From the human T2T-CHM13v2.0 reference genome, Homo sapiens, in the NCBI GenBank assembly GCA_009914755.4, contig CP068257.2:6176001-6240000 (forward strand): a stretch of DNA of 64,000 bases. Reading direction: 5' to 3'. The notes under the pieces are model-generated. The model saw nothing but the letters and a program-made list of their open reading frames with translations. It ran no database searches and had not been told where the DNA came from. Positions 52,430 through 64,000 of the stretch are shown piece by piece. Each line of letters opens with the position of its first letter. Within the stretch, counting starts at the first letter, position 1. The translations under genes were made by a program, and so were the position numbers.

Positions 52430-53139
52430 GACCCGACGTTGGGACGGGGTCGGTTTGGGGCAGGGCTGTGGCCTCTCTTTCGCGGGGAACACCTGGCTGG
52501 CTATGGAAGGGTGTGCCTTCCTCCCGCCCCCTCCATCGCCCTGACGGGCCTGGGATTCCTGCCTTCTAGGTCTAGGCCCGGTGAGAGGCTCCACACAGCG
52601 GAGAACTGCCATTCTTTCCTGGGCGTCCCGGGGATCGCGGAGCCGGCCCAGGTGCCAACAAGTGGGCCGCCTACTGCGCACGCGCGGTTTGGCAGCCAGC
52701 CGCCTGGGCTGTTGGAGCAGCCGGGGAGAGCTCTCATGCCTTTCCACCACCCCACCCCCGCCTGACCAGCCCCATCCCACCCCCACCCCCCACTCACGGA
52801 AAATGCTTCCACCCCTGGGCTGGGTAGACACCCCTTCCCGCGAAATATCGGGCCCGTGCAGCGTCAAGACCTGACACCCTTCCAGCGGCTTGCCTCCTCT
52901 GCACCTCTGCGCCAATGTCGCCGACTCGCCCGTGCCCCTCCAGCTTCACAGCTGCCACCATGGAGGGCCTGGTGGGGCAATGCAGACCTCTAGCTCTCTT
53001 TGCCGGCCTCCTGGCTAGATCTGCGCTCATTGAGCACCCCGGCTGCCGTGCAAGGGAGCCCGCTGACCTCTCCGTGCCCTTGTCCGTCTGTGAAATTCGG
53101 GCTGAGGTTCTCCCAACACCTTCCAACGCTCTTTAGTCA

Positions 53140-56100
53140 AAGCATGGAGAATAGTTACATCTCCTGGATGATCAGTTCAGAAATATGTCACAATGCCCCC
53201 TCCATTCAGAGCCTGGAAAAGATTTGCATCATTTGGGTGATCAGTGCAGAGATGTATCACAATGTCCCCTGTACAGAAAGCCTGGGAACGATTTACATCA
53301 CCATGGTGATCAGTGCATAGATATGTCAGAAATCCCCAGTAGGCTGAACCTAGACAAGGGTTACATCCTTTAGGTGATCAGTGTAGAGATATGTGAAAAT
53401 TCCCGTGTAGACAGAGCCTAGACAAGTGTTATGTCACCTAGTGATCAGTGCAGGGATAAGTCGTAAAGCCTCCTGTAGGCAGAGTTTAGAAAAGTGTTTC
53501 ATCCCTGGGGTGATCAGTGCAGAGATATGTCACAAAGCTCCTGTAAGCAGAACCTTGACAAGTCTTACTTCACCTGTTTGATCAGTGGAAATGTATATCA
53601 TAAAGCCCCCAGTAGGCAAAGCCCGGACTATTGTTAAATCACTTGGGTGAGCAGTGGAGAGATCTGTCACAATGCCCCTGTAGGCAGAGCTTAGATAAGG
53701 GTTACATCACCTGGGTGATCAGTGCAGAGATATGTCAAAAGGCTCCCCTGGGCTGAACCTAGACAGGAGTTACATCACCCGGGTGATCAGTGCAGAGATT
53801 TGTGAGAATTCCCGTGTAGGCAGGGCCTAGACAATTGTTACATCACCTAGGTTATCAGTGCAGGCATAAGTCATAAAGCCTCCTGTAGGCAGAGTGTAGA
53901 CAACTCTTCCCTCACCAGGGTGATCATTGCAGAGATGTGTCACAAAGCCCCTGTAGGCAGAGCCTAGACAAGAGTTTCATCACTTGGTTGATCAGTTCAG
54001 AGATGTGTCAAAATGTCCATGTAGGCAGATCTAAGACAAGAGTCCATCACATGGGTGATCAGTGCAGAGATATGTACCAATTTCCCCTGTAGGCAGTGCC
54101 TAGACGCGACTTGCATCACCTCAGAGATCAGTGCATAGGTATGTCACAAAGCCTTCTGTAGGAAAAGCCCATACAAGGCTTACATCACCTAGGTGATCAG
54201 TGCAGTGATGTTTCACAAAAAATCCTGTAGACAGAGCCTAGAAAAGAGTTACATCACCTGGGTGATCAGTGCAGATATTTGACACAATGCCTCCATAGAC
54301 AGAGACTATAAAAGACTTCCATCACCTGGGTGATCATTGAAATGATATGTTACAAATCCCCTTCTAGGCAGAGTATAGAGAACAGTCCCATCACCTGGGT
54401 GATCAGTGCAGAGATATTTCCCAATTCCCCCTGTAGGCAGAGAGTGGGCAAGAGTTAAATAACCTAGGTGATCTGTGCAGAGCTATGTCAAAACGTCCCG
54501 GAAGGCAGAGCCTAGATAAATGTCGCATCAGCTGGGTGATAAGTGCAGAGATACGTCACAATACCCCCTGTATGTGGAGCCTAGACAAGAGATACATCAA
54601 CTGGGTGATCAGTGCAGAGATATGTAACAAAGCCCCTGTAGGCGGAGCCTAGACAGAGTTACATCACCTGGGTTATCAGTGCAGAAATATATCACAAAGC
54701 CCCTGTAGGCCGAGCCTAGATAAGAGTTACATCTCCTAGGTTATCAGTGCAAAGATATGTCACAAAGCCCCCTGTAGACAAATCCCAGAAAGTTGTTACA
54801 TCACCTGGGTGATCAGTGGAGGTATCTGTCAAAATTCCCCTTTAGGCGCAGCTTAGACAAGCCTTACATCACATGAGTGATCAGTGTAGAGTTATGTCAC
54901 TATGCCCCCATAGGCAGATCCAAGACAAGAGTTCATCACCTGCGTGATCAGTGCAGAAATATGCCACAATGCTGCCAGTAGGCAGATATAGAAAAGACTT
55001 AAATCAGCTGCGTGATCATTGCAGAGATATGTCACAATGCCCCTGTAGGCAGACCCTAGACAAGAGTCCCATCAGCTTGGTGATCAGTGCAGAGTTATGT
55101 CACAATGCCCCTGTAGCCAGAGCCTAGACAAGCGTTACATCAGCTGTGTGATCAGTGCAGTGACATGTCACAATGTCCATGTAGCCTTATCCTTGGCAAA
55201 AGTGACATCACCTGGGTGATCAGTGCGGAGATATATCACAATGTCTCCAGTAGGCAGAGCCTAGACAAGAGTTACATCACCTGGGTGATCAGGGCAGAGA
55301 TATGTCACAATGCCCCCTCTAAGCAGATCCCAGACAATAGTTGCATCACCTCGGTGATCAGTGCAGAGATATGTCTCAATGCCCCCTGTCGGTGAAGCCT
55401 ATACATGAGTTACACCACCTCGGTGATCAGTGCAGTGATATGTTAAAATGCCCCTGTAGGCAGAGCTTAGACAAAAGTTACATAACCTGGGTGATCAGTG
55501 CAGAGATATGTTCTAAATTCCACTGTAGGCAAAGCCTAGACAAGTTTTACATCACCTCAGCGATCAGTGCAGAGATATGTCCCAATGTCCCTCTAGGCAG
55601 AGCTTAGACAGGAGTCACATCTCCTGGGTGATCAGTGCAGAGATAAGTCACAAGGCCCCCGTAGGCAGAGCGTAGACAAGAGTTACATAACCCGGGTGAT
55701 CTGTGCAGAATGATGTCACAACGACCTCTGTAGGCAGAGACTAGAAAAGAGTTACATCACCTGGGTGATCAGTGCAGAGATATGTCACAATGCCCCCATA
55801 GGCAGATCCAAGACAAGAGTCCGTCACGTGGGTGATCAGTGCAGAAATATGTCACAATGCCCCCTTAGGCAGAGCCTGGACAAAAGCCCCATCACCTGTA
55901 TGATCAGTGCAGAGTTATGTCACAAACTCCCTTTAGGCCGACCCTAGACAAGGGTTACATTACTTGGATGATCAGTGCAGAGGTATGTCACAATGCCCCT
56001 GTAGGCAGAGCCTAGACAAGTATTACATTACCCAGGTACTCAGTGCAGAGATACATCTTAATGTCCCTGTAGGCAGAGACTTGACAAGAGGTATATCACC

Positions 56101-56790
56101 TGGGTGATCACTGCAGGGATATGTCACAAAGCACCCTGTACGCAGATCCTAGAGGAAAGATATAAAACCCGGGTGAACAGTGCAGAGATATGTCACAATG
56201 CCCCCATAGGCAAATCCAAGACAAGGGTCCGTCACCTGGGTGATCAGTGCAGAAATATGTGACAATGCCCCCAGTAGGCAGAGCCTATAGAAGAGTCCCA
56301 TCACCTGGGTAATCAGTGCAGAGATATTTCACAATGCCCCTGCAGGCAGAGCATAAGCAAGAGTTACATCACCAAGATGATCAGTGCAGAGTTATGTCAC
56401 AAGGCCCCCTATAGGCAGAGCTTGGACAGGAGTTACATCGCCTTGGTGATCGATGCAGTGATATGTTATTATACCCCATAGGCAGAGCCTAGTCAAGCGT
56501 TACATCACGTGGGTGATCAGTGCAGAGATATGTCACAAAGCCCCCATACACAGATCCTAGACAAGAGACCCATCACCTGAGTGATCAGTGCAGAAATATG
56601 TCACAATGCCCCCATAGGCAGATCCAACACAAGAGTTACATCACCTGGGTGATCAATGTAGAGGTATGTCACAATGCCCCCATAGGCAGAGCCTAGACAA
56701 GCGTCCCATCACCTGGGTGATCAGTGAAGAGATATATCACAAAGCCCCAGTAGGCAGAGCCTAGACAAAAGTTACATCACTTTGTTGATC
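53140..56790 (-). repeat. Beta-satellite array, orientation B (3.65 kb); LSau-like block at 53140-54060
   Basis: 68-bp monomers in the same order of variants as the blocks following units D, F and H. Confidence 0.9.
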
Positions 56791-57463
56791 AGTTCAGAGA
56801 TGTGTCATGCTGACTGTTTGCTCCCGGAGCTCTGCAGGCACCCGGAAACATGCAGGGAACGTTAGAAGATCATCATGGTGCCTTCGCTCTCCTTTCCAGT
56901 TTCCAAACCGGCCACACTGCAGACTCCCCATGTTGCCGTACACCGGAATCCATCATCAGGCCATCACGCCGGGGAGGCATCTTCTCTCTGGGGTCTCGCT
57001 CTGGTCTCCTAAGTGGAAATGAACGAGAGTCCCACGCCTGCCTGTGTGAGACTGTCCTGGCAACGGCGACACCCACAGGCACTGACTACTTCACGGAGAC
57101 AGGGCCTGGAACACTCAAGACTACCACGGAGGTTCAGTTCCACACTCCCCTCCACCTTCCCAGGCCAGTTTCTCCCTGCTGAAGACGCGTGGGAGCCCAG
57201 AGAGCGGCTTCCAGATCCCACGGGTTTCCTGTAGTGGTCCGGATAGCCAGCCCCCGTAACGCGCCCGCCTCACACCTTCCCCCGTGCCCCCTTCCTCTTC
57301 GTCTCTCTGGCCCCACCACTACCATCACCACGCCCTCCACCCCCACCCAACCACCCCACCCGCCGCAGGCTTTGATGCCCTGGGACCAATCTGAGGTGGG
57401 GCGGGCTGTCCCAGGGCTCACCGCCATTCATGAAGTGGTGGAGCCTGCCTGCCTGTGGGCCTT

Positions 57464-57468
57464 TATAT
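57464..57468 (+). promoter_or_regulatory. TATATGA variant of the unit TATAA box, unit H
   Basis: 'gtgggcctttatatgagccagtgg'. Confidence 0.3.
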
Positions 57469-57534
57469 GAGCCAGTGGCTGGTAGTCCGGGCAGGCCTCC
57501 TGGCTGCACCTGCGGCAGTGCACAGGCCAGCTGA

Positions 57535-58871
<1,337 letters not shown>

Positions 58872-59559
58872 GACGCGGGGTTGGGACAGGGTCAGCTCCT
58901 GGCAGGGCGGTGGCTTCTGTTTCGCGGGGAACACCTGGCTGGCTATGGAAAGGTGTGTCTTCCCCCCACCCCCTCCACCGGGCTGACCAGCCTGGGGTTC
59001 CTGCCCTCTAGGTCTAGACACGGTGAGAGGCTCCACAAAGCGGAGAAATACCATTCTTTCCTGGGCATCCCAGGGATCCCACAGTCGGCACAGGTACCAG
59101 CAGGTGGGCCGCCTACTGCGCACGCGCGGGTTTGCGGGCAGAGCTCTCATGCCTTTCCACAACCCCACACCCACCTGACTACCCCCCAACCCCCACACCC
59201 CAACACCGGAAAATGCGTCCTCCCCTGGGCTGGGTGGAGACCCACGTCCGTCAAAACACTGGGACCGTGCAGCATCCGGGCCTGACACCCCTCCGGCGGC
59301 TCGCCTCCTCTGTGCCACCACGCCACCGTCGCCGGCCCGCCCGTGCCCCTGCAGCCTCCCAGCTGCCACCATGGAGGGCCTGGCTGTGGAACGCAGACCT
59401 CTAGCTCTTTTTGCTGGGCTCCTGGCTAGACCTGCGCTCATTGTGCACTCCGGCTGACTTGCAAGGGAGCCCGCTGCTCTCTCTGTGCCCTTGGCCATCC
59501 GTGAAATTCCAGCTGAGGCTCTCCAAACACCTTCCGACGAACTTTAGTCAAAGCCTGTA

Positions 59560-62500
59560 GAATAGTTACATCTCCTGGATGATCAGTTCACAAATAAGTC
59601 ACAATGCCCCCTCCCTGCAGAGCTTAGAGAAGATTTGCATCATTTGGGTGTTCAGCGCAGAGATAAATAACAATGTCCCCTGTACAAAAAGCCTGGAAAT
59701 GATTTACATCACCTCGGTGATCAGTGCATAGGTATGTCAGAAATCCCCAGTAAGCTGAACCTAGACAAGGGTTACATCACTTAGGTGATCAGTGTAGAGA
59801 TATGTGAAAATTCCCATGTAGACAGAGCCTAGACAAGTGTTACATCACCCAGTGATCATTGCAGGGGTAATTCGTGAAGCCTCCTTTAGGCAGAGTGTAG
59901 ACAAGTGATTCCTCTCTGGGGTGATCAGTGCATAGATATGTCACAAAGCCCCTGTAAGCTGAACCTTGACAAGGGTTACATCACCTGTTTGATCACTGGA
60001 TATGTATATCACACAGCCCCCTGTAGGCAAAGCCCAGACAATTGTCACATCACCTGAGTGAGCAGTGGAGAGATCTGTCACAATGACCCTGTAGGCAGAG
60101 CTTAGACAAGTGTTACATCACCTGGGTGATCAGTGCAGAGATATGACAAAACGCTCCTGTAGGCTAAACCTAGACAGGAGTTACATCACCCAGGTGATCA
60201 GGGCAGAGATATGTGAGAATTCCCGGGTAGGCAGAGCCTAGACAAGTGTTACATCACCTAGGTTATCAGTGCAGGTATAAGTCATAAAGTCTCCTGTAGG
60301 CAGAGTGTAGACAAGAGTTACCTCCCCAGGGTGATCAGTGCAGAGATGTGTCACAAAGCCCCTGTAGCAGAGCCTATACAAGAGTTTCATCACTTGGTTG
60401 ATCAGTTCAGAGATGTGTCACAATGTCCATGTAGACAGATCTAAGACAAGAGTCCATCACCTGGGTGATCAGTGCAGAGATATGTACCAATGGCCCTGTA
60501 GGTTGGGCCTAGACAAGAGTTGCATCACCTCAGAGATCATTGCATAGATATGTCACAAAGCCTTCTGTAGGCAAAGTCCATATAAGGCTTACAACACCTA
60601 GGTGATCAGTGCAGTGATATGTCACAAAAATCCCTATAGACAGAGCCTAGAAAGAGTTACATCACCTTTGTGATCAGTGCAGATATTTGACACAATGCCC
60701 CCAAAGACAGAGCCTAGAAAAGAGTTACATCACCTGGGTGATCAGTGCAGATATTTGACACAATGCCCCCATAGACAGAGCCTAGACAAGACTTCCATCA
60801 CCTGGGTGATCAGTGCAGAGATATGTCACAAATCCCCCTCTAGGCAGAGTATCGAGAAGAGTCCCATCACCTGGGTGATCAGTGCAGAGATATTTCACAA
60901 TGCCCCCTGTAGGCAGAGAGTGGACAAGAGTTACATAACCTAGGTGATCTGTGCAGAGCTATGTCAAAACGCCCCTGTTGGCTGAGCATAGATAAATGTT
61001 ACATCACCTGGGTGATCTGTGCAGATACGTCACAATAGCCCCTGTAGGTGTAGCCTAGACAAGAGTTACATCACCTGGGTGATCAGTGCAGAAATATGTC
61101 ACAAAACCCCTGTAGGCAGAGCCTAAACAAGAGTTACATCACCTGGGTTATCAGTGCTGAAATATGTCACAAAGCTCCTGTAGGCCGAGCCTAGACAAGA
61201 GTTACATCTCCTGGGTGATCAGTGCAAAGGTATGTCACAAAGCTCCCTGTAGACAAATCCCAGAAAATTATTACATTACCTGGGTGATCAGTGGAGGTAT
61301 CTGTCACAATTCCCCTTTAGGCGCAGCTTAGACAAGCATTATATCACATAAGTGATCAGTGCAGAGATATGTCACTATGCCCCCATAGGCAGATCCAAGA
61401 CAAGAGTCCATCAACTGGGTGATCAGTGCAGAAATATGCCACAATGCCGCCAGTAGGCAGATATAGACAAGAGTTACATCACCTGCGTGATCACTGCAGA
61501 GATATGTCACAAAACCCCAGTAGGCAGAGCGTAGACAAGAGTCCCATCACCTGGGTGATCAGTGCAGAGTTATGTCACAATGCCCCCTTTTGGCAGGCCT
61601 AGACAAGGGTTACATCACCTGGGTGATCAGTGCAGAGATGTGTCACAAGCCCCCTGTAGCCAGAGCGTTGACAAGTGTTACATCAGCTGTGTGATCAGTG
61701 CAGTGACATGTCTCAATGTCCCTGTAGCCATATCCTTGACAAAAGTGACATCACCTGGGTGACCAGTGCAGAGATATGTCACAAGATCTCCATTAGGCAG
61801 AGCCTAGACAAGAGTTACATCACCTGGGTGATCAGGGCAGAGATGTGTCACAATGACCCCTGTAAGCAGATCCCAGAAAGAGTTGCATCACCTCGGTGAT
61901 CAGTTCAGAGATATATCTCAATGCCCCCTGTCGGCGAAGCCTATACAAGAGTTACATCATCTCGGTCATCAGTGCAGTGATATGTTAAAATACCCCTGTA
62001 GGCAGAGCCCAGACAACAGTTACATCACCTGGGTGATCAGTGCAGAGATATCTCACAATAACCCCTGTAAGCAGAGCCTAGAAAAGAGTTACATCACCTG
62101 GCTGATTAGTGCAGAGATACGTCATAAATCCCACTATAGGCAAGCCTAGGCAAGCCTAGACAATTTTACATCACCTCAGCGATCAGTTCAGAGATACGTC
62201 CTGATGTCCCTCTAGGCAGAGCTCAGACAAGTGTCACGTGTCTTGGGTGATCAGTGCAGAGATAAGTCACAATGCCCACGTATGCAGAGCATAGACAAGA
62301 GTTGTAAAGCCTCCTGTAGGCAGAGTGTAGACAAGTGTTTCCTCCCTGTGGTGATCAGTGCAGAGATATGTCACAAAGCCCCTGTAAACAGAACCTTGAC
62401 AAGGGTTACATCACCTGTTTGATCAGTGGAAATGTATATCACAAAGTCCCTTGTAGGCAAAGCCCTGACAATTGTTACATCACCTGGGTGAGCAGTGGAG

Positions 62501-64000
62501 AGATCTGTCACAATGCCCCTGTAGGCAGAGCTTTGACAAGGGTAACATCACCTCAGTGATCAGCACAGAGGTATGTCAAAACGGTCCTATAGGCTGAACC
62601 TAGACAGGAGTTACTTCACCTGGGTGATGAGTGCAGAGATATGTGAGAATTTCCGTGTAAACAGGGCCTAGACAAGTGTTACTTCACCTAGGTTATCAGT
62701 GCAGGTATAAGTCATAAAACTCCTATTGGCAGAGCGTAGACAAGAGTTCCCGCCGCAGGGTGATCAAAGCAGTGATGTGTCACATAGCCCCTGTAGGCAG
62801 AGGCTAGACAAGGGTTTCATCACTTGGTTGATCAGTTCAGAGATGTGTCACAATGTCCATGTAGGCAGATCTAAGACAAGAGTCCATCAACTGGGTGATC
62901 AGTGTAGAGATATGTACCAATGTCCCCTGTAGGCAGTGCCTAGACAAGAGTTGCATCACCTCAGAGATCAGTACATAGATATGTCACAAATCCTTCTGTA
63001 AGCAAAGCTCATACAAGACTTACATCAGCTAGGTGATCACTGCAGTGGTATGTCACAAAAATCCCTGTAGACAGAGCCTAGCAAAGAGTTACATTACCTG
63101 GGTGATCAGTGCAGATATTTGACACAATGCCCCCAAAGACAGATCCTAGACAAGAATTCCATCACCTGGGTGATCAGTGCAGAGATATGTCACAAACCCC
63201 CACTAGGCAGAGTATAGAGAAGAGTCCCATCACCTGGGAGATGAGTGCAGATATATTTCACAACACACCTGCAGGCAGAGCGTGGACAAGTGATACATAA
63301 CCTAGGTGATCTGTGCAGAGCTATGTCAAAACGCCCCTGCAGGGAGAGCCTAGATAAATGTTACATCACCTCGATAATCTGTGCAGAGATACGTCACAAT
63401 ACCCCATGTACGTGGAACCCAGACAACAGTTATATTACCTGGGTGATCAGTACAGAAATATGTCACAAAACCCCTGTAGGCCGAGCCTAGAAAAGAGTTA
63501 CATCTCCTGGGTGATCAATGCAAAGATATGTCACAAAGCCCCCTGCAGACAAGTCCCAGAAAATTGTTACATCACCTGGGTGATCAGTGGAGATATCTGT
63601 CACAATTCACCTTGAGGCGCAGCTTAGACAAGCGTTACGTCACATGAGTGATCAGTGCAGAGATATGTCACTATGCCCCAATAGGCAGATCCAAGACAAG
63701 AGCCCATCACCTGGTTGATCAGTGCAGAAATATGCCACAATGCCGCTAGTAGGCAGATATAGGCAAGAGTTACATCACCTGCATGATCACTGCAGACATA
63801 TGTCACAATGCTCCTGTAGGCAGAGCCTAGACAAGAGTCCCATCACCTGAGTGATCAGTGAAGAGTTATGTCACAATGCACCATTTTGTCAGAGCCTAGA
63901 CAAGGGTTACATCACCTGGGTGATCACTGCAGAGATGTGTCACAAGCCCCCTATACCCAGAGCCTAAACAAGTGTTACATCAGCTGTGTGATCAGTGCAG
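59560..64000 (-). repeat. Beta-satellite array, orientation B (running to the window end); LSau-like block at 59560-60460; orphan LSau-like block at about 62290-62900
   Basis: 68-bp monomers. 62160-62900 is paralogous to 29950-30900. Confidence 0.9.

Overview
This 64-kb window is not prokaryotic. It contains no operons, RBS-led gene strings, tRNA/rRNA genes, CRISPR arrays or transposon ends, and I found no support for a novel prokaryotic biological system. It reads as primate (human/hominoid-type) constitutive heterochromatin built from two interleaved tandem-repeat families. The first is about 47 kb of 68-bp beta-satellite monomers (Sau3A family, a GATC site in each monomer) in ten blocks, present in both orientations. 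The second is eight GC/CpG-rich D4Z4-like macrosatellite units of about 2.8 kb, plus orphan fragments. Each unit has a ~700-bp 5' flank with a conserved TATAA-type box about 137-150 bp upstream of the ATG, a ~1.2-kb intronless DUX4-like double-homeobox ORF, and a ~1-kb 3' flank that grades into an ~800-bp block of diverged LSau-like beta monomers. Units A and B lie on the minus strand in a 3.84-kb head-to-tail tandem. Units C to H lie on the plus strand; C and E are half-units. Every DUX4-like copy is disabled in some way: premature stops, frameshifts, a lost ATG, or helix-3 substitutions. Unit A nevertheless keeps an uninterrupted 389-codon double-homeodomain ORF, and units G and H are close to intact. 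Beta-satellite orientation flips three times, at about 15865, 38657 and 44357, and each flip falls at a truncated D4Z4-like unit edge, which marks rearrangement (inversion) breakpoints. Two of these breakpoints lie within the same ~25 bp of homeodomain-2 coding sequence. Other structure includes a palindromic junction with ~320-bp inverted arms, a 30-bp scar of a deleted unit, orphan flank and LSau blocks, a ~3.9-kb higher-order beta-satellite periodicity, and a conserved G-quadruplex/i-motif tract in every 3' flank. Interspersed D4Z4-like units and beta satellite are typical of acrocentric short arms and other pericentromeric D4Z4/beta-satellite blocks, unlike the uninterrupted 4q35/10q26 arrays. 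The chromosome cannot be assigned from sequence alone.
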